A stretch of 62,868 bases of DNA, the filler included, from Choristocarpus tenellus KU-1152 (lineage: Eukaryota; Protista; Phaeophyceae), in the NCBI GenBank assembly GCA_964200185.2. It is 12 parts of 12 records of this genome, joined end to end, with 100 filler letters (N's around TTAATTAATTAA, not from the genome) between each part and the next. Parts side by side here need not be neighbours in the genome. Positions count along the whole stretch, not along the records: positions 40,037 to 44,965 come from CAXNAD020012493.1; positions 45,066 to 48,430 come from CAXNAD020020511.1; positions 48,531 to 62,868 come from CAXNAD020001221.1; 9 more parts are not named here. One strand, given 5' to 3'. Under the pieces are notes generated by a model. The model did not search any database and was not told the DNA's origin. It was given only the letters and a program-made list of their open reading frames with translations. Of the stretch, positions 40,500-54,500 are shown in pieces. The translations under genes were made by a program, and so were the position numbers. Each line of letters begins with the position of its first letter. Positions within the stretch are counted from its first letter, which is position 1.

Positions 40500-42900
40500 T
40501 TTACTGAGTTAGGTGTTATAGTTGGTCTGGTTGCTGCTATCGGTGTGCTGAGGGTTTTGATGTTGAGAACTGTCTTGAGGCGGTGCAAGTCCTTACCCGA
40601 ACACTCTATTGCCAGGAACATTAGGTGTATGTGAAGGTACCCACTGTTCCTTCCGTTTTGAAATGATGTGTGTATGTTGGAATGTGATTCGGAGTCGAAA
40701 TCTGCCTCATCATTTTCCTTGTCAAGGTGTTGGTTGCACACTGATTGCCACTGTATACTTTTGGTTGTCCTGGCCTCTTACCACTCATCAAGCCAGCTTC
40801 TCTCAATGTTCTTATCTCAATGTGTTTTTGCTTTGATTGGCATATCGCCTTCGCTGATTCTGGCTCGATCATCTCGTGTGCTGTCTTTCTTCAGGCCTAA
40901 TAATGACCATCTGCCTCCACCAGGATCGCCTCCAGACAACATGTTTTTGTGATAAACCATTGATTTTGTCTCTTTCTTCCAGCACTTGTTAATATTTGTG
41001 AAGTGTATGTTTCACCCCACTTGTTGTATCAACTTTGGCTCATATTTACATATTTGTACTCCATCCCAGCCAGTTTATAGAACATAGGAGGGGTCTTTCG
41101 GTTCAGTAGTGTTTCTAGTGCTTGGCAGCACTGAGAGGATATGGTGTTGTCAGATGTAAAGCACATGGGTGTGGAATGTTACATAATGAACGTTTTCTCC
41201 TGTTATTGCGACAGTAGGAAATACCTGGTTTTTGTGCACTGATCATGGATTATTCTGACCAAAAGTGGAGGTGGAACAAACCTTGACTAGTCACACTTCC
41301 ATTTGCTTCAAGTGTAGCTTGGATTATATGGCGAGTTTCTGACTTTGTATTGTAGCCTTAGCTGCTTCAGTTTACATTTTAGGTCCTTGAATAGGTACGT
41401 TTGTTGTATGCAAGGGGCATGGTAATTCCTCGGAGTGTACAGGAAGGAGAATTAAGCTGCACGGAGGTTGATGATGGAGATGTGCAAGGTATTGGTGGTA
41501 AGGGAGAAGATCTGTTTGAGATTTAGACTTAGCAGGGTAGACTGCAGCCAGGGTTAGGATATTGATCATGCAACCCACTTTCTTGAAGTGAATGTGTAGT
41601 GTTGGGTACCTCATGCAGAATTGAGTACCTGAATAGTGGTGGAACCATGAGCTTTAAGCTTGTGTTCATTGAAATACTTTCATTTTGAGGTGTATTTATG
41701 GTATCCTGTTTCTGTTGAGGTTGTGATGTTACCAGACTTGATGACCTTGCAGTTGCTCAAGGTGTGTAGACTTGCAAGCATGATTTCTTGTGGGATTTCT
41801 TGTGTGTGTGATGACAGCTGAAGCATGTGATAATAATATGTTGCCTTGTCCTATTTTCAGTACACAAGAGTAATGAGTGAAGAAAACATATTAAGAAAAC
41901 AGTCGAATCGAAGTCAGGCCTATTGGAGTAACTGTCATGATGTCAAGACTAATAATTGGGGGGGCTGTTGTGTTGTATGTGTTGGGTCAACTGTTGATAT
42001 CCATTTATTTGTGGCCTCTTCACTTCATAAGCCTTGGTGTTTTCCAAGTCATTCTCCAGGATACAATTGTTGATACAGTGTAATCCGGCAATAATCTTTC
42101 TTGCTGCTAAAATGTCTGCATAAGATCTTTGTCACTTGGCAAGCCTTTTATTATTTGTACAAAAATATACAGTATATTTCTTTTTCTGAGAGAGGCGTGT
42201 GTGCAACGCATCCCTGTGTCATCTGGTACATAACTGGGTATTACCCACTTGTCAAGAGAGACACTTTGGATGGGTTGCTGTCCTTGAGCATACCTTAGTG
42301 CAACAGAATTAATTACTGCTAGCTAGGAAGTCACAGGCAGAGGAGAGAAGAGTATTGTGGAATATAAATTACTAAGTGTGCCTGTCTCTATAAAAATTTA
42401 AATAGTAAATAATTAGGATAAACTTGTAGTTTTAGACCTGTAAGAGATTATATGGTTATAACCCTCAGTCTGATGCTTCTTTGTTGCTAGCCAGGAAGTA
42501 GGTGCACCATAGCCAGCCAAGTGTTTGACTCTGCCTATCTGATATATGGAAAGTGGGGTAGAATCAACATGGACATACTCTTTATGCAGAATCAACCTTG
42601 GAAGTGGGGCAGAACTCTTTATGATGTCCTGGTTCTAAACTGAAACCATTTCTAAAATATGGTAACATTCATCCTGTCTGTGAAGGATTTTATACTCTGT
42701 TTTCACGGTGGTTGTTGGGTAAGCATGTGGATGAAACAAAGCTCCATTATGTGACGGCCCTGAATTTCCTGAGAAATCAGAGATTTCCTATTGATAGTGT
42801 GGAAGTGTAGTATTTGAAGAGGACCACTGAATCTGTGTATTGCGGTACCTACTACTGCAGTGTCATGAAATATCTTCCAGTATTACTCACAAAATACTTC
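40500..42900 (-). mobile_element. Highly degenerate LINE-like element (RT, possibly RNase H)
   Basis: QGCVA.TPL (RT motif B-like) at ~42200 and strand-biased composition; no intact ORF. Confidence 0.4.
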
Positions 42901-43449
42901 AAAGGTAGGTAGGTTGTACCTTTCTAATTAGCAAAGAAATGTACATTCCAGAGTATTCACACCCTCCAAGAATGGGCCAGTTGACAAAATAGAAGCAGAA
43001 TGACAATACAAAAAAAAACATAACACTTTATCCTAGTCAATTTTGGGTCAAGCCCATCCTCAATTTTTGAAATCGGCTGTTAATTATAGTCACTCCCAAC
43101 TGTTCCTTATTCAGTACAACTAAACTACAATTGTTATTATTATTGTAGGAAGTAGTACGTCAGATCTGATGCCTAACCAGGGATTAAACAGGGCTGTGGT
43201 TTAGCAGGCAGTATGATATCCCATGACTGGAAGCAGGTGTTGGTGGTATTTTGGATGCTATACTAAACAGGAATATAACTCACCCCCACCCATCCTTGGA
43301 GAGGAGGGGCACACACTTCAGATGTGATAAGGTGCCTGTCCTTCTGTTGAGAAGTACCTGGGGAGTTCATTAGTTGGTTCACTTTATTGTGCTCAGGCTT
43401 ACTTCACAAAAACAAGTGCAACTTTTTATCTAACAAAAACACCATGAAA

Positions 43450-44750
43450 AATGGTGTAATTTGCAACAGCCCTCTCGGATTTGCCCTTCCTGCACAAGGA
43501 AAGCCAGCCAACACGCTACCAGGTTATCTACAACAGGATGAACCAACAAGAGGAGGAAGCAGTGTTCCAACCTCCTACTACATTGTTACAATGCAAAGCA
43601 TGTCCTGGAACAGTTAGCACAACACAAGCTGTAAAATTACCTTTCAAGTCTTGTCTAATGTCCTCAACACATTGTGCATTACAGACAGTCAGTTGAAGAG
43701 GAGGAAATACAGCATCACATGCCCTACACATATTCTTCTCAATAGCAAAAAAACATTCTGGTTCAAACAATTAAAGCAATCATTGAGGGTCAGACACGAG
43801 GGAAGGAACATATTTCCACTACACAGGAGGTTCACCAGACCCTTCAACTTCAAGCATAATGCAAGCCCTTTGTTCAACATCCCAAACAACAAGAATAACT
43901 TGGCTGACACGCTGCTATGGACAAAACAGGAAAGTAATATTTTTTTTACTGACTGAACCCACATACTTCAGGCCCCTTTCCTGCTTAATATCTCCAACCA
44001 TTGCTTCCTCTCCCTTTCATCCACCACACTACCCACTTCCTATCCATACCGAGGTGATTGCTCTAATTGAAAAAAACCCTGCACTACAGTTTCTCTATCT
44101 CTGACAACCCAGGCTGGCATGTACTTGGCTCTTTCCGGTAACTTCATAGAACTGAACTGTTTTCTCTTGCTCAGGTATCACAATGTTACAGATACAATCC
44201 TTCAGGGATGTTCCCCTTCTTACGATAGAGGGCCTTCTCCTTTGCCTTTGTAAAGTCATCCATGGTCACCTGCCAAGAGCCCCAAAATACACCACACATC
44301 AAGCCAACATGTCAGGAGGTTTCTGTCACAATTAAGAGTGCAAATGTTACTTACACACACTTCAGAATAGGATATTTAAAACAACAAAAGCCGTAGTACT
44401 GATGCTTTGATTCATGACATGAAACAATACAAGGTTTGTGCATCAGTTGCAGACCTCATCATATCAACCAATAATCCCCCCTTCCAAAAGTCTTTGCAAC
44501 TGTTCAAGAGTACGCCATAAGAGCAGACCTTGCTGGTAAAGGCAATGCAATGCAATATGATATAATCCAGCGCATCCATGAACAAGGACTTCAATCTGCT
44601 GACCTAATGGATGCATCATATCCAGATAAAAATAAACAGCAACAGTTCCAGAAAAGTAACTACCTATCCATGTAAAAAAATAACAGGAAGAAACACCCTC
44701 AAACAGAAACAACTTGACAACATGCAACAAATGGCCACCACACCAGGTAC
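43450..44750 (+). mobile_element. Possible hAT-like transposase relic
   Basis: CKAC BED-finger-like text and fragmented coding-like frames; weak. Confidence 0.25.
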
Positions 44751-45995
44751 CACATTCTCCTTCCTAAGCACAAGGCTCAAAGTATCTGTGGGGGGGGGAT
44801 TGCGGCTATCCATTCGGGGCCATTTTTTCCACGTCACAAATTTTGTGTGATTTGGTTGCATGCTTTGGATGGATATTGTAAGTTCACTCTTCCTGGTCAG
44901 GGCCCAAATGGACACCCTGGTGTAGAATCCCCCCCCCCCCCCCCAACCAAGACGTGATGAAAAAANNNNNNNNNNNNNNNNNNNNNNNNNNNNNNNNNNN
45001 NNNNNNNNNTTAATTAATTAANNNNNNNNNNNNNNNNNNNNNNNNNNNNNNNNNNNNNNNNNNNNCCCCTCACTAACCACCCCCCCCCCCAAGATACTTT
45101 GACCCATCACCTACGCAAAACTGTGGTGTTCATTGTGTCCACTTGTATATTTCGTTCTTCCCAATCACAATATTGCAAAAGACAGTGGGCAACATGTAGT
45201 CGCAATGCATTCTCAAAATAGAGAATACAACATTCGGTTTTCACTTGATATTGCTGACCTACCTCAGGTGTGATGATAGTAATAGTAAGAATAATAGTAA
45301 CAGAAAGATAGCAATAGTAAAGCATGTTTTCAAGGGGCCGGGCTGGACCTTAGAAAATGTCATGGGACTGGGCTGCCCCAGCTATCTGCCAGCCCAATAC
45401 AAAGCCCTGGCCTTCGCTGTGGGGATTTATTGCAAATTGTAGTTGTAATGGCAATACTTCTCCTTACTTTGGTCTGGGCACTCACATGGTTGGACCATTT
45501 CGTTTTTATATACCATTTGGATTAGTGAGGGAGGTGCTTTCACTCAAGGTGCATATTCCTCTAGAAAGTTGTACAATAATTTGGAATCTTCTTAAAATTC
45601 TAGGGGTTGGTGAGGTCAAGATTGTACCTCCCCATGAAGAGTGCCAGTGTGGATAGTGGGACCTAGATTGGTAGAGAGGCTGGGAGGTTTGCCACAGACA
45701 GATGCAGTGTATATGGATATCTGTATCACGATTTCCAAGATCGAAAGATGATCATTGTTTACAACTTGTTTTTGGTAGGATGCCTAGGTGTTTGAAAGTA
45801 TTACTCTTTTCATCACGGAAAAATGTAACGCCAGTAAGATAAGATGGGCATATTTATCAGCTGTCCTATTCATGGGATATTGACTATGCTGCAGATGCAT
45901 CAATTTGGCTTGCTCACCCTTCTACATTCCTTACTTCTCACACGCCCTTTCAATCCCCACCCCATCACAACATTTTGCACATAATTGCTCACCAG

Positions 45996-46688
45996 GCGGT
46001 AAGGATGATGTTTATATTGCCAAGTGCATGGCTTGGTGATGCAACGAAAGTCCCAAAGGGCTACTATGACCCGCAGACATGGCTCCTCACCCTCTTTCCA
46101 GAGCACAACACATGGGCTAGGATTGGTTTACCTGAGGCTTTGTATGTTCCAACTTGGACTTTACGGCAGGTTCAAGAAGTTATTGCACTTCCAGCGGTGG
46201 GGTGCTCGGTCCTCTTCACATTCCTAGCTCTCTTACTATTGATAGGGCATATTCCCATTATGTTTAGCTGGTACCTTAACCGCCCCCACAGAGCTTTTCC
46301 CTCTTTTTTAGAGTCTCAAGTTCTAAAATATGTTGGCTTGCCATATGCCAACCTCTTTGCTGGTCCCTTAGGCTTGGCACATTTATACATAATGGGCCGT
46401 CTTTTCTTTGACCACAAAAGAAATAATAATATCTTAGCCTATTTATGTGTGTGCAGCATCTGGGCGCTTGCTCTTTGGAGCCTTGTTGATCCGGTAAACC
46501 GTGAGGATGAATACTCTGCCAAGTATTTTATTTTCGTAGAGACGCGTTTGTGGTGCTGGATTGGGGCGACGTGTGGGTGGTACTTTATTCTTGGTTTTAC
46601 CAGAGCAATGAACAAAAATCCGTTCACACAACTCGTTGAAACTGGACCCCGCCGTGTCGACCCAAGCTTTGCATCTTTCAGCTTTTGA
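45996..46688 (+). CDS. Terminal exon of an unidentified multi-pass membrane protein
   Basis: 230-codon open frame after a pyrimidine tract and CAG acceptor; several hydrophobic segments; the present stop lies inside the HU insert. Confidence 0.75.
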   Translation, partial: AVRMMFILPSAWLGDATKVPKGYYDPQTWLLTLFPEHNTWARIGLPEALYVPTWTLRQVQEVIALPAVGCSVLFTFLALLLLIGHIPIMFSWYLNRPHRAFPSFLESQVLKYVGLPYANLFAGPLGLAHLYIMGRLFFDHKRNNNILAYLCVCSIWALALWSLVDPVNREDEYSAKYFIFVETRLWCWIGATCGWYFILGFTRAMNKNPFTQLVETGPRRVDPSFASFSF

Positions 46689-46894
46689 CCAACCTTAAAT
46701 CTTGGCTGCTTATAAGCTTTAATTTGAATTGTCTCACCAGTCCTTGGATTACGTCCAGGTCTAGCAGCAACTTCGCTAACGCTATAGCTACCAAAACCTA
46801 CTAATGATACATCATTACCTTTGCCAAGCGCTCTGATAACTGACCTTGTGAACATATCAACAACTCTTTCAGCTTCCGCTTTTGTACATTGTTT
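46670..46894 (-). pseudogene. hup: Bacterial HU histone-like DNA-binding protein gene fragment (75 codons, both ends truncated)
   Basis: KQCTKAEAERVVDMFTRSVIRALGKGNDVSLVGFGSYSVSEVAARPGRNPRTGETIQIKAYKQPRFKVGQKLKDA carries the GFG and GRNPRTGE signatures of the Bac_DNA_binding family; no native start or stop. Confidence 0.93.
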
Positions 46895-48530
46895 GAAATG
46901 TAGAGCATCCTTTCACCCATCTGCTGACTTCCAACGTACCTGTGACTTGAAGCGCGGGCGCACGCGTGTGTGTATATGTGTGATTTTCCGTCTCTCTTTG
47001 ATGGTCTATAAGATACCAAAAAGTTTTGAGTACTGTGGTTTTATCCTTCATGATTAGTATAATTTAGCGCTGTTGTGGTCTCCTGACAGAATATGCACCC
47101 ATAATTTGTTGTGATTATCAGGTTGCTCTCAATCATTTTCAATACACAGAGAGAGACTGAAAAGAGCTCCATATACTGTTTAATATCTGTCCGAAAAGGT
47201 TGAAGAGTCAATGTATAGATGTGCGTTTGGAGACGATTTTGGTCCCATACAACGTAGGGCAAGAGCATCACTGTTGTCCTCCTTTAACTAGTCAATACTG
47301 GCATGGTACGTTATTGCTGTCTTCTAATCAATATTCTCCTATTTGTACTCTCTCCCCTTGATCAATGACGGTTTGACATGCTGTCCCTGTTACTATTTTT
47401 TGTCTTGCCAAGCAAATTGGATGTTCTTTTGTGTCGAAAATTGAACTCATCCTCAACCAGGTTGGCCCGATGGGTTGATAGGTAGCGAAATGTGTATGTT
47501 GTGCACATGCAGGTTATCTGTGAGCACTAATTGCTGCTTGTGGTGAAGAGTGTAAACAAGTCCTCAATTGCAGACAGAGCAAGATTTCCCCAAGATGACA
47601 GAAAAACTCCAGTCAGACACCTCAAATATTCCACGATGGTTGAACTACAGTAGTATTTACAGGTAGAAGGTCTATTCGAAGTACAGGATTATGTCATCAA
47701 TATGGGTGTCACTGATGTTAGGATAGGAGATTGCTGGGAGAGCGAAGGAAGCATAGTCACATATTTGTTGGGATTAAAACCAAGAGTTGTTGAATAACAT
47801 CGTGCAGGAAAGGCTCATCGCCAGAACCTGCTGGGTGTGTTACACGGTGAACATACACTGGTGGTCATTAATTATCGGCTGGGGCTTTGTCTCAGTCATC
47901 CATTGTCTCTAACTTATGGTCAAAGACCAACCCATCAATCATACCGCTATTTACGTTACTACTCTGTATTGTGCCAAACCAAATATTAACGTACATGAAA
48001 CTGTGTTACATGCTTCATCAGCACACACAACATCAGTAAAGCACTAGTTACTCGACAAGTGTGTCTTCGAACTGAATTGTATGCCCATGTACTAACCTGA
48101 TCTTCTTGACACCCATGGTCAGAGTACAGAGGAAAGCGATAAATGAATACAAAGAAGTACACAAGCGTATGCATCCTGGAAACGAAAGGAAGAGATTTGA
48201 ATATATCGAGAAAGAGTTCAGTAGGTGTCCCAATATGTTCCAGTTTGTACCGACACAAAATACCAAATTCCATTGCCAGCCCTCCATCCAGTCAGGAAAA
48301 AAATGGCCGAAACACCCGAAGTATCTGGGAGGGGGGTGAGGTCTAAACCAAGGTGTCCATTTGGACCAAAATATGCAAAAGTGAATATATATTATCTATC
48401 CGAAATATATATGCAACCAAATTACAAAAANNNNNNNNNNNNNNNNNNNNNNNNNNNNNNNNNNNNNNNNNNNNTTAATTAATTAANNNNNNNNNNNNNN
48501 NNNNNNNNNNNNNNNNNNNNNNNNNNNNNN

Positions 48531-51500
48531 CAGTCCGTGCAGTCCGTTCCAATCTCACACGGGGTTGATGATCCTATGAATGAACCGTCATCACTGTGAC
48601 CACTGCCATAAACAAATGTAGGGGTGTTCCAAGCGCATTAGTGGTCATAGCCAAGAATCACTATCCTACTGTTCCACCAATGTGCAAAATGATATTCTTG
48701 GTACTCTGCTAGTAATATTTTGAGTACAACATTGACAAATAAAAAAGGTCACCATCACAGCAGTCGGTCAAAAAAAAAAAACTCGAGCAGCAAATGGCAG
48801 TTTAAACAACTATAGCCATGAACTTACAGGCTGCTGTACTCGCTTGGCTGGTGGTAGTAGTTGGTGTGACTGGAAAACTCCTGCTGGCTGTTTGAGGTGC
48901 TATCCTGTAGACCAACAAAAATTGTAGTGACCAGAGTTGCAGGGGCATGAAACTGCTGTATCAATATACTGCAGGTAGACAAGTTTACTTCACCACCTAT
49001 GACAAAAAATGTACATGTTCTCAAATATTTTTTCCACTTCAAGTAATGATCGTCAACTATGGCATACATCTTAGCATCACTGGTCATGCTATAAACACCA
49101 AAATTAACTGGTATAAAATAATGCAATAAAGCCTCCTCCGCCCCATCCCTACCTCATAGACACACTGCTCTCTTCCCTACATGAAAACACAGAATATACA
49201 CTGCAAAAGCCAATCCGCCCTCTCCAGTATAGGGATAGGATCCTTACCCTGGGCTCCTCACAGTTGCCATTAATAGCATAGATACAACTATCTTCACAGA
49301 ATGTTGTAGAACTATCCTCCTCCACTCTGGCAACCTGGATACCGCCATCTTATCAGACATCCAACGCAAAAGCAATCATTCACACAAAAACAAATATATA
49401 TAGAGGGAGGTGAGGGGAAAATCAGTTCAAGATAAGGAATATTTTAGTAACAGCAATTTGGGTAACAAAAACGGACCAATACCACTAAGATCGTTATGAC
49501 TATCAGAAGCAATGCTGCCATGAACTACTTAGTTGGGAGGAGCTGACAATACAGAAGCGATTAGGTGTTACCGATAACATACGCTATCTACAACAACAAC
49601 ACACACACACACATAATACGACTCCAATGCGACTGAAACGTTAAAAATATCAACTACAGTGCCATAAGTACCTACTGATGCGAAGTGTTTCCATTCCGAG
49701 TGAAAATATCTTAGAGGGTACCAGTTTTTCCATCTTTTTCTATTTGGGGCTTGGCTTCCCATGTTTTTTTTATGCCATTTTCCTACTTCAAAACGTCTCA
49801 GAATAGATTAAATGTGTACATTATGAAAAGGTGTTTCCAGGAACAACGATAAGAACACTTCCTAACAAACGAGATAGCCAAAATTACACCAAAATCGCAA
49901 CATTGGATTTTGACCCCCAAAAGGACACGGCTCTACCCTCTTAGATACTTTGGCTCTTACCTCACTTGCTAATCACCTGACATGCTTCAAGGGAGTCACG
50001 CAAATGAGACTCCTTCTCCTTGAAACACTAAATACAACCCCTGTGGCAACTTCACCTTCACCTAGCACCTATCACCCTGTAGAAGCTGTGGGGTTCCTAT
50101 CAATGCACACGCACATTGCACATGCCTAGATGTACACAACAATGAAAACAACACAAAGCCACTCCAACTCACCTGGGAAGGTAATAACGCCTGCACCGGT
50201 GTCAATAGAAACAATTTTTATTGGAGTGTTTCCTCTCGGAGGCATACTCACCCACTCTTCGCCCACAAGCCTTAGGGATAAAATGTTGTCTGTCCACAGT
50301 GGCTTTGAAAGAAAGTATGTAATTAAACAAAACAAAAGTGGGTAGGTTGGTGGAGGGAAGGTAGGTTGGGAAACCATACTGACACCCTCACAGCCTGTGT
50401 TTTGCTCTAGGCTTGAATATAACAAACCACGCCGCTTGAGATAGTGCTTCTAAAACCACTCCTAAAAACCTTTAAAAATGTCATTGAAATTGTGTCACTA
50501 CCCCTATTTCATACTGTGAACTTCGAACTGCGTACGCTTTGAGTTGGAGTACAAACTATCAATGAGGGGTCCAACAAAAAAATGTATTTATGAGAGTCAG
50601 AGACATGACACGTTGAAAGATGTTGAAAAAACCTAAAAATTGTCACAAACCACACTGTCAGCGCTTGAGGAACTCAGCAAAAGGCCTTTAACAACCTAGA
50701 CAACCAAACATCAGTCAAATTTAGCTACAAGCAAGGAGCAAATTTTCTGAACAAAACAGAAAAGATATGAAAAAATAGAAAGTCTCACTACCCCCTATCG
50801 TACCTGGATGTCATAGCTGGAGGGAGGGATCTTATCCAGGATAATGACAGGAGGTTTTGAATAGTCAAGCCGAGATACAAAGCCTGAGCCAATGATAGGG
50901 AAGCTGCTAGTAAGGGTGCGATAGACTTTCCTGTCGATTTCAATCACATTTGGCTCATTCAGGACAACAGCCACCGTAATTCCCCGGGTACCCCCCAAAG
51001 TGACCTGTGCACAAAAAAATGAAACGAAGATGGGAGGAATTGTGTCACTACAATAGTGCAATAACTACATCAATAGTATAATAGACCAGAGAACAGGCAA
51101 TGACTCGATCCAGAAGAGTAAACACGACGAAATATTTTATCAGGGGCCCTATACGGAGTTGTACTTTCACTGTTCGGCCAATTACTGACCTTGAAGGTTT
51201 GTCCTATCGCATCTAAGGGTAGAAATGAATATGACTTATGTTGACAGGGTCACAGCAACCATCGCTGCCTATTTCATACGAAAAGATAGCTGCAGAGGGA
51301 ATTTCTACGGGAGGGTTCGGTCTTGCAAAAACAGAAACATATACAAGAAAACAACAGTAGTACAGTTAGTTCTGGTTCACGGTACGTTATGGTCTATGGT
51401 TGGAGTTCTGATCTGGACAGTACAGCCATCACCGTACGATTTTCCCTGGGGCTTACAAGGGTGTCAGCATGGTCCTTCGGCAGTTGTGTACAGCAGTGAT

Positions 51501-54500
51501 GGGGACCCTAAGCCGTTCAAGGCGAAGGGGTTGGTGATGAAACATAATTTTGACTACTTAATATTTCGGTCTCTCGAAATATTGGAAAAAAACGTCTTGA
51601 TTGTATATTCCATACTTGATGCACTAACCATCTTGGTCTTAATACTCTCCTGTAGTTTTTATTGATCGTATATTGTACAATAGTACTAGGGGGACGACCT
51701 CATTTGCATTTTCAAGTTTCTACAGTGAGTGCATCACTGGACAGTACTTTTGCAGCAGGCGCACCTCAGGCATGGTGTGGTTGTTCTGCAGTCACAGGTA
51801 CTACTTGAAGAACCGGACAGTATGGTCATTGTACCCCAACAGAGTACTATTTGGAGAGTAGGGTACAGCAGGGTGCACCACCCACAGTCACAACAGTACA
51901 GTTACAAACTCTGACAGTTGTGCATGATTTTTCGATGTCTCCACATTTGCCAATGGCCGGTTCAACATTAGGGTTCCAGAAAAGATTGACCATAGACATA
52001 TTCCCCACCCGTAACCATGAAACACCCTATTATTACCGGGCTGTAGCAACAGTGTAGGCCCCTACGTTTTACACTCAAACTACAATGTTCAAAAAGCAGT
52101 TCAACCCTACATAGTTATATCAAATATAGTATTACTTTTGTAGAATATCTCCAACAAGCAAGTACCAGGATAGAGGGGGATGATAATGTACTTCACAGTG
52201 CTCAGACACAAAGAAGCATTTTGCATTTAGTTGGTCCATCCTGATCTCACACTAAAAGTTGCAATCCGACGTTTTGAAAGAACCATATTTCCACAACTAG
52301 TGAGCCCCACAACCTTCATAATGTATTGGTCAACTCACAATTATACCATGCCCTTCGCAAAATACACATCATTTACCAAGAAACAAAACACGCCTATTAT
52401 ATGGTATTGCACAGGCCAAAAACTCTGCTACTTCGCTCTTTTACACACATGTTTTGCAACAAAAAACACTTAATTGTTCCAAATTGATATTTTCTTATCC
52501 ATCACGTGCATTGTAGTGATGAAAAGAAATACATAAGCTAATGCCGTACACACCTCTCCATCTCCAACATCGATAGACTTGAGCAGAAGAACCCCCCCCA
52601 CCAAACACCACTTCTTTCCCTCATGAAGGGTGAGTTTAAGAGAGTCCTCGGACACAACCTCAAGGTCATAAACGTCAGATGGGAGCTTGGGCTCAAACGT
52701 CAGCTTCGGTGTTCCTTTGAAGCCTGAACCATGAATAAAGAGTTCGGTGCTGGTTTCCTACAGGTATGGAGGCATATGTGCAGAAAAGGTTGAGAATTAG
52801 GAAGAGGGGTAGCACAATACATCTCCCATTAACTTTGAGTGAAATTATCTTAGAGGGTACGAGTTTTGCCCTGTTTGTCCATTTGGAGCTTGGCTTCCCG
52901 TGGTTTTTTTTTTTATGACATTTACCGACTCCAAATGTTTCGGAGTAGGTAAAATGTTTATGCTATGAAAGGTATGTCCAGAACATGGATATTGACACTT
53001 CCTAACAAACACGATGGCCAAAACTACGTCAAAATCGCAACATTGGATTTTGACCCCCAAGTGAACGCGGCTCTACCCTCTAAGATACATTGGCTCTTTT
53101 CTTTCAAACATCACACAAACTCTGCTGTAGACTTTGCTCATCAAACAGTACAAGCCAAATCCAAACTAGTGGATTCAGTTGAAACAAAAACGCCCAACCT
53201 CCTGCATGAAAAGGGTGCCCCCTGCTCCCAACCAACAGAACAATATCTACATCAGCCTTTTTGAGAGGTGCTACCGTGCAGGAAGTGACGATTGATTCGT
53301 ATACAAAACACACACCGAGAATATTCACACTGTAGAATAACATCCAAATTACTCTTTCCAATATACTCGACACCAACCTGGTACAGCGCCAGTTCATTTG
53401 ATGGGAACACCGTAACCCCACTCTCATGTGTTGCTATGTAATCAACAACCTTGGCTACCGTCACTGGCTCTGGGAAATTCACCATGCCTGCCTCAGTGTC
53501 CGGCACCTGCCATTGGGGCAAAGACAGAAGGGAAAAGGGAATGAGATTGAGGTGTCAAGGATCAGAGTAAGTTCTATATGGGGGGATGGGGGGTGAGAAG
53601 TGGTCATTCCCAGTGTATCAAGACACTGAGCACACTATTGCCCCGGACAGATAAATGTAAGGTGAAGTCTTCATAAATGCACTTCCTAGACAGCAGTGCC
53701 AGTGGTCCTGGGATAGTCTCGATGTTTTGCACTCAAACAGATGCGGCAAGGCCATGCACTAATGTGTTTGAACACCCGAAAGATTTAAAGCTAGGTCATG
53801 CAACTAAATGCTGCAGACTCTTTCGTGTACTAAAAGGTGAAACAAATTCCGAGCTCGTTTATGCACCAAGCATTGAACACCAAAAAAGACGGCGTCATTT
53901 TTAAAATAGGAACCGTACACACTCGAAACAAGAGATGTGCTCCGTAAATATTTTCAATATTTTTTAAATGATTCCTTGTTAAACAGTACACAGCAATCAT
54001 GTATCAATACGCTATACTTGTGTGCCAACAAAAGATAAGGCTCTTTTTTCAAAGGACAATACAATTAAAATGTCAATTTCAAATTTTCAATCTCACAAGA
54101 ATGCCTGCACTTCTTCCCCCCACATCACAACTCATCGCTAAAAGCCATTACCTTACCCTCCATTCTCAATCTATCTATGCTGACACTCACTTTGGTTCCA
54201 GGAAGGGGGCCTTCCCCATGTATCTTCATTGTTGGCATGGACCGATAGACGTTAAGGTCCTCCTGGATCTCAGCAACAGTCACTCCATTCAACTGCATCA
54301 AAAGACCGTGTCACAAATATTCATGCGTGCATTTGTGTCAATGAATAATAATAATATAATAACTGGATTCTCTTCTGTTCTATGTACTCAAAAAAAAAGA
54401 AGCAAGTAATAACCAACTTGTGTTGAACTGTGCTGAAGTTCATGCATGTGTGTGTATCTGTGAAAGGAAAATAATGGAAGAGCACGCATCGAAGGCACTC

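Noticed and set aside
46439-46855. 138-aa ORF as a complete functional HU gene
   Set aside because: It starts at an internal Met, lacks the N-terminal helix needed for dimerisation, and its last ~75 aa are antisense to the host exon.
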